Shown here piece after piece: positions 29,131 through 38,000 of a stretch of 42,721 nucleotides of DNA. The notes under the pieces were generated by a model. That model was given only the letters and a program-made list of their open reading frames with translations, did not search any database and was not told the DNA's origin. A program made the position numbers and the translations under genes. The DNA lies in assembly GCA_041739675.1 (NCBI GenBank), contig JBGSNL010000067.1, positions 1-42,721 of the forward strand, written 5' to 3'. Source of the DNA: a bacterium (GTDB taxonomy: Bacteria; UBA10199; 2-02-FULL-44-16; DYJF01). Within the stretch, counting starts at the first letter, position 1, and the number at the start of each line of letters is the position of its first letter.

Positions 29131-29724
29131 TCAACGCTTTGTTGCGCGCTTCTTTTTAGCCGGTTTTGCGGGTTTGAAGTTTTTGAGGGCGTCCCAGCGG
29201 GCATCACGGTGCTCCTCTTTGCAGCCGCAGGGGCCCAAATTCAGGTCCTTCCCGCAACGCTGGCATATACCCTTGCAGTCTTCTTTGCACAGGTGCTTGA
29301 ACGGCTCCATCAGAAGCATCTGCTCCTTTACAATTTCGTCCATACCTATGCGGTCGCCTTCATAAAAGCTGAACTCCATGTCCTCTTTCACCAGTTCCTT
29401 TTCCATGTCGTCTTTTTCTTCCTCTTTCTGCTGCTGCCTTGATTCGTAAAGAGGCGCCATCAGGACATGGAACGGTATCGTTTCCTTTTCTTCATATACC
29501 TTTAGACAACGGTCGCATTCCGGATGCGACGTTATCTCAAGCTCGCCTGTGATATCCACGTTCCCGTCATATTTGATAAGAGTGACGGCCAGTTCCGCTT
29601 TATCTTTATCAGTGAAGCGGTTGCCTATTACCTCTTTGAGAACACTTGAAAGCCAAGGGGCGGTAGTGCTATCGGCATTAATGGTCAGCCCCTCTTCGGG
29701 TATGTCTTCTATTAAAATTTCCAT
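29131..29724 (-). CDS. yceD: DUF177/YceD family protein
   Basis: CDRCL, CKEDCKGICQRCG, DARW; upstream of rpmF. Confidence 0.92.
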   Translation of the reverse strand: MEILIEDIPEEGLTINADSTTAPWLSSVLKEVIGNRFTDKDKAELAVTLIKYDGNVDITGELEITSHPECDRCLKVYEEKETIPFHVLMAPLYESRQQQKEEEKDDMEKELVKEDMEFSFYEGDRIGMDEIVKEQMLLMEPFKHLCKEDCKGICQRCGKDLNLGPCGCKEEHRDARWDALKNFKPAKPAKKKRATKR

Positions 29725-29729
29725 AGTTT

Positions 29730-30083
29730 TTATTTTTTGGCGATGTGATTCTGGGGGTTTACAAATACAAGACGGGGCCTGAAACCTTTGAGCTCTTCTT
29801 CATTATATACCGCGTACGCGCTTATAATGACCTTATCCCCCTTGTGGACGCGGCGCGCGGCGGCACCGTTGATGCAAACAGTCCCCGAATTATTTTCGCC
29901 CGGGATTGCGTAGGTTACAAGCCTCTCGCCGTTGGCGATATTCCAGATATGAACCTCCTCAAACTCCGAAATGTCGGCCGCCTCCATTAAAACGGCATCG
30001 ATCGTGACCGAGCCCTCGTACTCAACGTTGGCGTCGGTCACCGTTGCGCGGTGAATTTTTGATTTCATCATCCTTCGTAACAT
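29730..30083 (-). CDS. panD: Aspartate 1-decarboxylase
   Basis: [18 protein letters not shown] autocleavage site, TY, NGAAAR. Start at ATG 30083. Confidence 0.96.
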   Translation of the reverse strand: MLRRMMKSKIHRATVTDANVEYEGSVTIDAVLMEAADISEFEEVHIWNIANGERLVTYAIPGENNSGTVCINGAAARRVHKGDKVIISAYAVYNEEELKGFRPRLVFVNPQNHIAKK

Positions 30084-30091
30084 GGCGGGGG

Positions 30092-30121
30092 ACTCTAAGC
30101 TAAATAATGATAGCCTGTCAA
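30092..30121 (-). promoter_or_regulatory. Candidate sigma70 promoter of panD
   Basis: TTGACA-N18-TAGAGT, ending 8 nt before the ATG. Confidence 0.55.
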
Positions 30122-30127
30122 CAATTG

Positions 30128-30140
30128 TAACCCATTGATT
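30128..30140 (-). promoter_or_regulatory. IHF consensus between the divergent panD and ilvC-like genes
   Basis: AATCAATGGGTTA matches WATCAANNNNTTR. Confidence 0.45.
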
Positions 30141-30194
30141 TTTAGAGCTTTTAGGCTTGCTATTCAATTCCTTGGGTGGTATGCGGCCAAAAAT

Positions 30195-31136
30195 ATGGGT
30201 TTCAAGGGCGGACATATCGTCGTTTTCGGCTTCGGAGCACAAGGGGCGGCCCAGGCGAAAAATCTTTTCGAAGGGGGCAGCGACGTATCGGTTTATCTGC
30301 GTCCGGCGAGTTCGCACATGGACGATGTGAAAAACGCAAAAATTCCGCTACTGACCGATCTCAAGGACGCGGCTGCGAAGGCCCGGGTCGCGGTCATTCT
30401 TTTACCTGACGGCGAACAACCCGCCCTCTGGAAGGAAATCGAGGATCACCTTCCCAAAAACAGTGCCGTCATTTTCGCCCACGGCTTCAATATTCATTAC
30501 GGCGAGGTCAAGCCTCGGGCCGATCTTGATGTCATCCTTGTCGCGCCGTTGGCACAGGGAGACACGCTTCGAAGCGATTTCGTTTCGGGCAAAGGTGTGC
30601 CCTGCCAGATTGCAATTGCCAAGGACGCCACAGGCAAAGCGAAGGAAACCGCGTTTGAATACGCCCGCGCGATTGCGTTGACGGGTCCGTTCATAGAGAC
30701 AACTTTTGCCGAGGAGACCGAGACGGATATCTTCGCCGAACAGGCGGTTCTGTGCGGCGGACTTTTTGCACTTGTGAGAGCTGCGTTCGATACGCTCGTG
30801 GAAAAAGGTTACAACCCTGATATCGCCTACTTTTGTTGTCTTAGAGAAGTCCGCGCGCTCGCAAATCTTCTGCACGACCATGGAATCGCCGGCAGCCGCG
30901 AAAAAATAAGCGACACCGCCCTCTATGGCGATCTGACACGAGGGCCACGCATTATCGACGGTCACGTCAAAGATGAATTGAAAAAAATCCTGGACGAGAT
31001 CTGTTCGGGGGAATTCAAAAATGAGCTTCTGTCCGACCGCAAGAGAGGAAACCCTCTCTTGCGAAAGCTCAAAGAAAAAGATAAGGATCACACAATCGAA
31101 AAGGTTCATAAGAGATTCAAAGGAGGGGGAAAATGA
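30195..31136 (+). CDS. ilvC: Ketol-acid reductoisomerase-like protein (class I IlvC fold, divergent active site)
   Basis: GFGAQG Rossmann motif, [35 protein letters not shown]. Start at ATG 30195. Confidence 0.85.
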   Translation: MGFKGGHIVVFGFGAQGAAQAKNLFEGGSDVSVYLRPASSHMDDVKNAKIPLLTDLKDAAAKARVAVILLPDGEQPALWKEIEDHLPKNSAVIFAHGFNIHYGEVKPRADLDVILVAPLAQGDTLRSDFVSGKGVPCQIAIAKDATGKAKETAFEYARAIALTGPFIETTFAEETETDIFAEQAVLCGGLFALVRAAFDTLVEKGYNPDIAYFCCLREVRALANLLHDHGIAGSREKISDTALYGDLTRGPRIIDGHVKDELKKILDEICSGEFKNELLSDRKRGNPLLRKLKEKDKDHTIEKVHKRFKGGGK

Positions 31137-31939
31137 TCACAAGAAACCCCGCGGTCGCCGGCCAGTTTTATCCCGCAAGCAAGGCCGCCCTTGAGGCCGA
31201 GGTGAAGCGGTTTCTCGAAACCGGCGCAACCCCGGCAAAAGTGATAGGTCTTGTCGCGCCGCATGCCGGCTACATTTATTCTGGCGCGGTTGCAGGTGCG
31301 GTCTATGCGTCCGCTGTGATACCCGAAAAATGCATCGTCATCTCGCCCAACCACACCGGAAGGGGTTCTCACGCGGCCCTCATGACTGAAGGAACGTGGG
31401 TTCTGCCGACAGGCGAACTTCAGATAGACTCGAAGCTTGCAAAGAAACTTTTGGGGAGCTGCCGCGAGCTTGAAGACGACGTCGCGGCGCATGTGGGCGA
31501 GCATTCTCTTGAGGTGCAGCTGCCGTTCCTCATGGCAAGACAGCCGAAATTGTCGTTCGTGCCGCTTACCGTTTCACATCTGCGCTATGATTCCTGCAAA
31601 AAAATTGGCGACGCAATCGCCAAGACGATCAAAGAATCGGGCGAGGATATTCTTATCGTCGCGAGTTCCGACATGAATCATTATGAAAGTCAGGGCACAA
31701 CGGAGAAAAAAGACAAGGTGGCGATCGACCGTGTGCTGGCGCTGGATCCTGAAGGGCTTTTGACCACCTGCGGCGAGCACAGGATCTCGATGTGCGGAGT
31801 CGTCCCGACCGCGATAATGCTCTCTGCCGCAAAAGCTCTCGGCGCAAAGACGGCAACACTTGTGCAGCATGCAACCTCCGGAGACGTGTCGGGTGACTAT
31901 GACGCGGTTGTGGGATACGCAGGAATAATTGTTTATTAA
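31133..31939 (+). CDS. amrB: MEMO1-family protein (AmmeMemoRadiSam system protein B)
   Basis: AVAGQFYP, PHAGYIYSG, PNH, EHSLEVQLPFL, SSDMNHY, MCG, VGYA. Confidence 0.92.
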   Translation: MITRNPAVAGQFYPASKAALEAEVKRFLETGATPAKVIGLVAPHAGYIYSGAVAGAVYASAVIPEKCIVISPNHTGRGSHAALMTEGTWVLPTGELQIDSKLAKKLLGSCRELEDDVAAHVGEHSLEVQLPFLMARQPKLSFVPLTVSHLRYDSCKKIGDAIAKTIKESGEDILIVASSDMNHYESQGTTEKKDKVAIDRVLALDPEGLLTTCGEHRISMCGVVPTAIMLSAAKALGAKTATLVQHATSGDVSGDYDAVVGYAGIIVY

Positions 31940-31953
31940 TGATAAGGATAAAA

Positions 31954-33345
31954 ATGGGAAACAAAGTCAGAGTAAGATTCGCTCCATCACCAACGGGTTC
32001 GCTTCACATCGGCGGCGCAAGGACCGCTCTTTTCAACTGGCTTTTTGCCAGACATGAAAAGGGCACTTTCATTTTGCGCATCGAGGACACCGACCGCGAG
32101 CGCTCGACCGAGGAATTCACAAAATCGATAATGGACGGCATGAAATGGTTGGGATTCGACTGGGACGAGGGCCCATATCACCAGACCGAAAGAATGGGTC
32201 TTTATAAAGAGCACGTCGACAAACTCATGAACGAAGGCAAGGCGTATCGCTGCTATTGCGCGCCAGATGAGCTGGAGGCAAGGCGCCAAGCGATGCTGGC
32301 GGCAGGCCGAAAGCCCAAGTACGACGGCACCTGCCGCGAGCGAACCGACAAACCCGATAAACCCTTTGCGATCCGCCTCAAGGCGCCGCTCACGGGCGTT
32401 ACGGCCATCGACGACCTCTGCCGCGGCCACATCGAGTTCGACAACAAGGAGTTAGACGACCTCATCATTGCAAGAAGCGACGGCACACCCACTTACAACT
32501 TCACGGTGGTAGTGGACGACGTCACGATGGGAATCACACACGTCGTCAGGGGCGACGACCACCTCAACAACACGCCGAGGCAGGTTCTCATCTATCAGGC
32601 GTTCGGCTATCCCCTTCCCACGTTTGCGCATCTGCCGATGATATTCGGGCCTGACAAGAAAAAACTTTCGAAACGCCACGGCGCGACTTCCGTCATCGAA
32701 TACGAAGCGATGGGATATCTGCCGGAGGCGGTCGTGAACTATCTTGCGCGCCTTGGCTGGGCATACAAGGATCAGGAAATTTTCACCCGCGAAGAGATGA
32801 TCGAAAAATTCGATCTGTCGGTCGTGGGCAAGGCCCCTTCCGTTTTTGATACGGAAAAGCTCAATTGGGTCAACAGCCAGCATCTAGCAAAATATTCCGA
32901 CGAGCAGGTCGCAAAGATTACTCTTCCATTCCTGAAGGGGCTGGGTCTTGAAGCGGCGGATATTGGCTATGCGGCAAAGGCCATTGCATCGGAGCGTGAG
33001 CGCGGGAAAACATTGAAGGAGCTCGCCGAGGTCTCGGCATTCTATTTCCGCGATCACATAGACTACGACCAGAACTCCGCTACAAAATGGCTGGGTGAAA
33101 AAGGTAAGGGAATTTTGAAGACGTTGAAAGAACGACTCGAAAAATTGGATGATTTTTCCGAGCCGGCGATCGCAAAAGTCTTTGAGGGAATTTTATCTGA
33201 AATGAATCTCAAGATGTTAGATGTCGCCCAGCCCTGCCGTGTCGCCATGACCGGCACAACCGTGAGCCCGGGCATTCATCTTGTGCTTTCCATTCTCGGC
33301 AAGAAGCGCGTGATGGAGCGCCTTGAGAGAGCTATCGCATTCTAG
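31954..33345 (+). CDS. gltX: Glutamate--tRNA ligase
   Basis: RFAPSPTG, HIGG, RIEDTD, KLSKR. Confidence 0.97.
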   Translation: MGNKVRVRFAPSPTGSLHIGGARTALFNWLFARHEKGTFILRIEDTDRERSTEEFTKSIMDGMKWLGFDWDEGPYHQTERMGLYKEHVDKLMNEGKAYRCYCAPDELEARRQAMLAAGRKPKYDGTCRERTDKPDKPFAIRLKAPLTGVTAIDDLCRGHIEFDNKELDDLIIARSDGTPTYNFTVVVDDVTMGITHVVRGDDHLNNTPRQVLIYQAFGYPLPTFAHLPMIFGPDKKKLSKRHGATSVIEYEAMGYLPEAVVNYLARLGWAYKDQEIFTREEMIEKFDLSVVGKAPSVFDTEKLNWVNSQHLAKYSDEQVAKITLPFLKGLGLEAADIGYAAKAIASERERGKTLKELAEVSAFYFRDHIDYDQNSATKWLGEKGKGILKTLKERLEKLDDFSEPAIAKVFEGILSEMNLKMLDVAQPCRVAMTGTTVSPGIHLVLSILGKKRVMERLERAIAF

Positions 33346-33368
33346 CTACGCATTCTCTCCTTAATCGA

Positions 33369-34850
33369 TCATCTAATAGAAACCGGCACGGGCACTCGTG
33401 CGGCAAAGGGCGTAACCGCTAATCTTCGCTGCACAGCGGCCCATGGGTTCTGCGGCAAATGGCGATAAACGGCGCGCGCCATCCGCACCGCCAATCTGGC
33501 GTGTCTTTCCGCCGACCCCTGATGTCCGCCTGAACTCACTTCACCTTCAGTTTCCACAAGGCCTGTCACCGTGGATGGCGTTGCAGGAGATGCCGGAGCT
33601 GCGGGCCCCTGAGGTGTCTGACCGCCGACATCGGCTCCGCTTTCAAGTCTGACACTGTATCTGACATTTTCCCAATTAGCGACGGGAACGAGATATTTCA
33701 CAATCTCCTTTGTCGCCAAAAAAACCGGTGACGTGGCATTTGTCACATGGGCCGGATCTTCAACAACCTCATCATAATGCCATACAATTTTTCCAGTCGA
33801 CTGAATTTTTCCCACCCAAGTCACTATGTCGCGTAACGATGTTCCACCTTTTGCAAACTTGACGACGATCGCATTATATTCTCCCTTGCTATTCTGTCTG
33901 ATGCCCATTTCCAGTATGCGGACCGATCTACCCACGGCAAGATTTGAGGGCAGCGACCCGGCAAAGAGTTGTCCGATGAAGCGAAGCTGATTGAGCCTGG
34001 GATCGTTCGAGTTGACGTCAATATGCAGCATATCGGCAATCCGCCTAGATTCCGCCGCAAGGATGTTTCTCAGAATGAAGAGCGAGAAAAGCGTCTCGCC
34101 CAACGAAGAATTGGAATCGACCGTGTCGACCCTCTCCACAATTTCCCTGTAGCGCTGCGACTCGAAATCCACAGCCGCCTTGTAAACCATGCCCATGGGA
34201 ACTTCATTGTTCAGCCGTTCTATTATGATACTGAACTGTGTGAGAGTATTGTAGTTTGGAACCGCCCTTAACTGCCTCCCGATTTCAAACGGCTGCTGCG
34301 GGAAAGTTGTGAGGACTTCCACAAAGTCGCCCTGCCTGTATGCCGGTGTGAACTCCGACTCGATTTTTTGAAGCATTCCGGCGAGGTCATAAGGATTTCT
34401 AGCGTTCAACGTTATTTGGGAGTGGCCCCCCACAACCGGATAATCCCTGCTGCCGATATAGCCTGACGTCCTCACCGAAATTGAATCGTTGCCGACAGTC
34501 GGCACATCTTTCGTGATGGGCCGGTCGGAATCAGTTTGTGTGGAAGCCGAAGTGGAGAACGTAGTGGAAACCGCCGCGGGCCTGTTACGCCACCACCTGA
34601 GAGGATGTCTCAAATTCGAGAAAAATGAGGACAGTTTGTCTCCTAAACTTCTCGACGGTTCGGAACCGGGCTCTGAGATTTGAGATTTTGCAAGTTCTGG
34701 TTCCGCAAACGAAAAAAAATCGCCCTGCGGCCGCGAAGCCGCAGCTTCTGGAGTCGCGGGAATCGTCTCAGACGTTCCAGGCTGGTCGTCTATCATCACT
34801 TCTCGCCGCTCACGCGGGCCCGTGACATTCGGATCTCCACCTGATTTCAT
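33369..34850 (-). CDS. Hypothetical protein (493 aa) with low-complexity termini
   Basis: Long ORF with AGGAG SD; no family recognised; no signal peptide. Confidence 0.8.
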   Translation of the reverse strand: MKSGGDPNVTGPRERREVMIDDQPGTSETIPATPEAAASRPQGDFFSFAEPELAKSQISEPGSEPSRSLGDKLSSFFSNLRHPLRWWRNRPAAVSTTFSTSASTQTDSDRPITKDVPTVGNDSISVRTSGYIGSRDYPVVGGHSQITLNARNPYDLAGMLQKIESEFTPAYRQGDFVEVLTTFPQQPFEIGRQLRAVPNYNTLTQFSIIIERLNNEVPMGMVYKAAVDFESQRYREIVERVDTVDSNSSLGETLFSLFILRNILAAESRRIADMLHIDVNSNDPRLNQLRFIGQLFAGSLPSNLAVGRSVRILEMGIRQNSKGEYNAIVVKFAKGGTSLRDIVTWVGKIQSTGKIVWHYDEVVEDPAHVTNATSPVFLATKEIVKYLVPVANWENVRYSVRLESGADVGGQTPQGPAAPASPATPSTVTGLVETEGEVSSGGHQGSAERHARLAVRMARAVYRHLPQNPWAAVQRRLAVTPFAARVPVPVSIR

Positions 34851-34881
34851 GGCACACTCCTTCTCCCCATTATCCGCACTT

Positions 34882-34908
34882 TTATCGGGCTGAATTAAAA
34901 AAGGTTGC
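34882..34908 (-). promoter_or_regulatory. Candidate alternative-sigma promoter: GCAACCTT-N11-CCCGATAA
   Basis: Fills the short intergenic gap 31 nt upstream of the ATG at 34850; 8-N11-8 layout as in sigma28 promoters; resembles 15139-15167. Confidence 0.6.
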
Positions 34909-34916
34909 TAGAAAAA

Positions 34917-35231
34917 TCAATAAACTTTGAGGGTGCGGACGTGGGGGCCATGTGAGGTGCAGGAGAGGTCGTAGCCCACCCTGGCGCCAACCGCGATGTG
35001 GCTCTTTTCAGCCTTAGGACCTACCAGATCCAGCTCTTCCAGCTTGAAGTAGACCTCATTGCCGTTTCTGTCCTTTATGAAACCGTAGCCCTGATTGGGA
35101 TAGAAGCTCAAGACCTCGCCTTTGGGGAAAAGGTCGTTCTCATCGACATGCACCTCCGCCGCCTTTTTCACGAGCCCTATCTGCGGCAAAGGCAGCCAAT
35201 TCGGGGGACGTGCTGCAACCTGTGTGCTCAT
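34917..35231 (-). CDS. Cold-shock-domain (OB-fold) protein with N-terminal extension
   Basis: KGEVLSF...GYGFI...EVYF (RNP1/RNP2-like), VGARVGY. Confidence 0.78.
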   Translation of the reverse strand: MSTQVAARPPNWLPLPQIGLVKKAAEVHVDENDLFPKGEVLSFYPNQGYGFIKDRNGNEVYFKLEELDLVGPKAEKSHIAVGARVGYDLSCTSHGPHVRTLKVY

Positions 35232-36091
35232 GGCATGAACCCCTTCATCACATCGCTAATCGACCATTCGCGGCCGGCCTTCGCCGCTTCGCGGACCCTT
35301 CCCTGCCTCTCATCATAGGTGTCACGCGGCTTCTGATACAGAACGCCAAGTGAAATATATTCAGGCGTGATCGCATGGTGCCACGCCTTGCGCATGTCCG
35401 TGGGATCGTAGTCGGGCTCTTTATCTATGTATTTCGAGCGCTGGCGGATAGTGTCGTACTGATCTTTTCCGCGATACGTAACGCATGGCGATCTTACGTT
35501 CACAAATGAGAATCCCTTGTGCTTCATCGCGGCGACGATCATCGAAACGAGATGGTTCATGTCGAGCGAAGTGGACTGCGCCACAAATGAGGCCTCGTAG
35601 CTGAGCAAGAGTTTCAGCGGCTGGATAGGATCGTCGATTGAGCCGTATCCTGTAGTGATGGTCTTCTCGCCCAGAGGGGTCGTCGGCGAGACCTGACCCT
35701 TCGTGAGACCGTAGATCGAGTTGTCCATGACAACACATGTGAGATCGATGTTGCGGCGCGCGACGTGGGGAAGATGATTTCCGCCGATCGAGAAAATATC
35801 TCCGTCCCCGCCCACCGCCATTACGGTGATGTCAGGCCTCGAGAGCTTCAGGCCCGCCGCTATAGGCAGCGCCCTTCCGTGGATCGAGTTGAAACCGTAA
35901 GTGGAGAGATAACCGGGAAGGCGCGACGAACACCCGATTCCGGAGACGACCGCCACTTTCTCACGGGGCAGCTCCATCGTTGCAAGCGCCTTGGCGACGG
36001 CATTCAGGACCGCAAAGTCGCCGCAACCCGGGCACCATATGGGTTTCAGACCTGAAAGATATTCCTTCGGCGTTGGTTTTGTCTCAGTCAT
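35228..36091 (-). CDS. 2-oxoacid:ferredoxin oxidoreductase beta subunit
   Basis: WCPGCGD, SGIGCS, HGRA, GGDGD...N TPP motif, YGLTKGQ. Confidence 0.95.
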   Translation of the reverse strand: MTETKPTPKEYLSGLKPIWCPGCGDFAVLNAVAKALATMELPREKVAVVSGIGCSSRLPGYLSTYGFNSIHGRALPIAAGLKLSRPDITVMAVGGDGDIFSIGGNHLPHVARRNIDLTCVVMDNSIYGLTKGQVSPTTPLGEKTITTGYGSIDDPIQPLKLLLSYEASFVAQSTSLDMNHLVSMIVAAMKHKGFSFVNVRSPCVTYRGKDQYDTIRQRSKYIDKEPDYDPTDMRKAWHHAITPEYISLGVLYQKPRDTYDERQGRVREAAKAGREWSISDVMKGFMP

Positions 36092-36102
36092 TTTTCCTCC
36101 GG

Positions 36103-37908
36103 TTACTCTTCATCCTTGCCCATCATTTTACGCGCTTCGGTCGGCGCCTTGGGTTCGTACGCAACCCCTTCGGCTGCGGCGCGAATGGCCATTTCCATTT
36201 CCTTGCTCGTAAACACGCGGCCGCCGCTAAACCTGTAATGAAGCACATCTGCGGGCAATAACGCGTTCGCCGCAAGATAATGTTCGAACTGCCCCGAGTG
36301 CGAAAGCTCTACGACAAGCAGATGCTTGCAAGACGAGACAAATTTTTTGATCTCGGGCGTCTGCAGCGGGTAGATGATCTCCGGGATAAGCGCGGCGACC
36401 GCAAGACCGGTCTGATTCAACCTTTCGACCGCCTCCCTGATCGCGCCCTTCGACGATCCCCAACCCAGCACTCCGACAACTGGCTTCTCAGAGCCGTAGC
36501 GCCGTATGAATTTGTATTCACTCGCCAACGTATCGAGTTTTCGCGCGCGCTTTTCCGACATGCGCTCGTGAGTTTCGTGTTGCGAGCTGGGCGTGCCCTC
36601 TTCCGTGTGTTCGATGCCGGAGGCAAGATATTCGCCGCCCTTCATCCCGGGCCACGTGATGGGGGAGACACCGCTTTTCGTATCTTCATAACGGAGGAAT
36701 TTGTCCCCCTCTTTCAATTTCGGAGCGATTCTTCCGGGAACATTCACCTTGCTCACGTCGAATGGTGTTACCGTCTCTTTGCGCTGTCCGATGAGCTGAT
36801 CGGACAGGATGATGACCGGCATCTGATATTCTTCCGCTATTTTGAACGCGCGCCAGGCAACCTCGAAGCAGTCTTCGACATCAGAAGGCGCCAGAACCGC
36901 GTGCGGGGCGTCGCCGTGCATGCCGTAAACCGCCTGCATCAGGTCGGCCTGTTCGGTTTTTGTGGGTATTCCGGTTGACGGACCGCCGCGCTGCACATCT
37001 ACGATTACGATGGGAAGCTCGGCCATTGCGGCAAGACCCATCGCTTCCATCTTAAGCGACATGCCGGGGCCGGAGGTTGCCGTCATGGAGCGCACGCCGC
37101 CAAAGGAAGCGCCGACAACCGAGTTGATCGCGGAGATCTCATCCTCCGCCTGCAAAACAGTGCCGCCGAATTTCGGCAGCTCGCGAGAGAGCCATTCCAT
37201 TATCTCCGTTGCGGGCGTGATTGGGTAGCTCGCAAAAAAGCGGCAGCCTGCCGCCAACGCGCCGAACGCCGTGGCCTCGTTTCCGGTCAGGGCCATGTAG
37301 GATTTGGCAGGGGAAAAGACAAAATGGAGATCGGCCGCCGGCCCGCCGTGGGCTTTGACATAATCGATTCCGATGTCTATCGCTTTGTGATTCGCGGCAA
37401 CCACCGCTTCGCCCTTCCTCTTAAATTTTCTCTCGATGGCGCGCTTGATTCCTTCCGTTGGAAGCCCGAACATCGCGCCCAAGATGCCGAGCGTCACCAT
37501 GTTCTTCGCTTTCGGATTTCCGGCATCTTCCGTCGCGAGTTTTTCAAACGGTATCTTTATGAGTTTGCACCTGGAGGCGTTCGAAAGAGGGACGTCTTCC
37601 GTCTTGTCTTTTTCCTCCACCAACACGTACGCTCCGTCTCTCACTTCAAGCTCCGCGCCGAACCTCGCAAAATCGGGCCAGTTGTAGACGACAAGCACGT
37701 CGATAAGATCGCCCTGCGAGTAGATCTGCTTCGTCGACAAACGCAGACGGCACGAGCTTTCGCCGCCGCGGATCTGCGGCCCGAAGCTCTTGAGCATGAT
37801 GCAGTTAATGCCTTCTGCTGCGGCGGACGCTGCCAGAATATCGCCAGCGGAAACGACACCGTCTCCGCCGGAACCCGCCATACCGACCGTGATATCATGA
37901 CATTCCAT
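36103..37908 (-). CDS. 2-oxoacid:ferredoxin oxidoreductase alpha subunit (gamma-alpha fusion)
   Basis: GSGGDGV, IRGGES, YPITPA, QAEDE, TSGPG, QRGGPSTG. Confidence 0.95.
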   Translation of the reverse strand: MECHDITVGMAGSGGDGVVSAGDILAASAAAEGINCIMLKSFGPQIRGGESSCRLRLSTKQIYSQGDLIDVLVVYNWPDFARFGAELEVRDGAYVLVEEKDKTEDVPLSNASRCKLIKIPFEKLATEDAGNPKAKNMVTLGILGAMFGLPTEGIKRAIERKFKRKGEAVVAANHKAIDIGIDYVKAHGGPAADLHFVFSPAKSYMALTGNEATAFGALAAGCRFFASYPITPATEIMEWLSRELPKFGGTVLQAEDEISAINSVVGASFGGVRSMTATSGPGMSLKMEAMGLAAMAELPIVIVDVQRGGPSTGIPTKTEQADLMQAVYGMHGDAPHAVLAPSDVEDCFEVAWRAFKIAEEYQMPVIILSDQLIGQRKETVTPFDVSKVNVPGRIAPKLKEGDKFLRYEDTKSGVSPITWPGMKGGEYLASGIEHTEEGTPSSQHETHERMSEKRARKLDTLASEYKFIRRYGSEKPVVGVLGWGSSKGAIREAVERLNQTGLAVAALIPEIIYPLQTPEIKKFVSSCKHLLVVELSHSGQFEHYLAANALLPADVLHYRFSGGRVFTSKEMEMAIRAAAEGVAYEPKAPTEARKMMGKDEE

Positions 37909-38000
37909 AAAGACACCTCTCCGTTCTGGATTTCGGCGAACCTATACACCCTTCTTATGAAATTTCAAATGAAAATTGGAAAACGGTATACAGTTCGGAG

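Noticed and set aside
37940..37995. TATAC half-sites and the TGAAATTTCA palindrome upstream of the oxidoreductase alpha gene
   Set aside because: Too short and AT-rich to assign to a regulator without comparative data.
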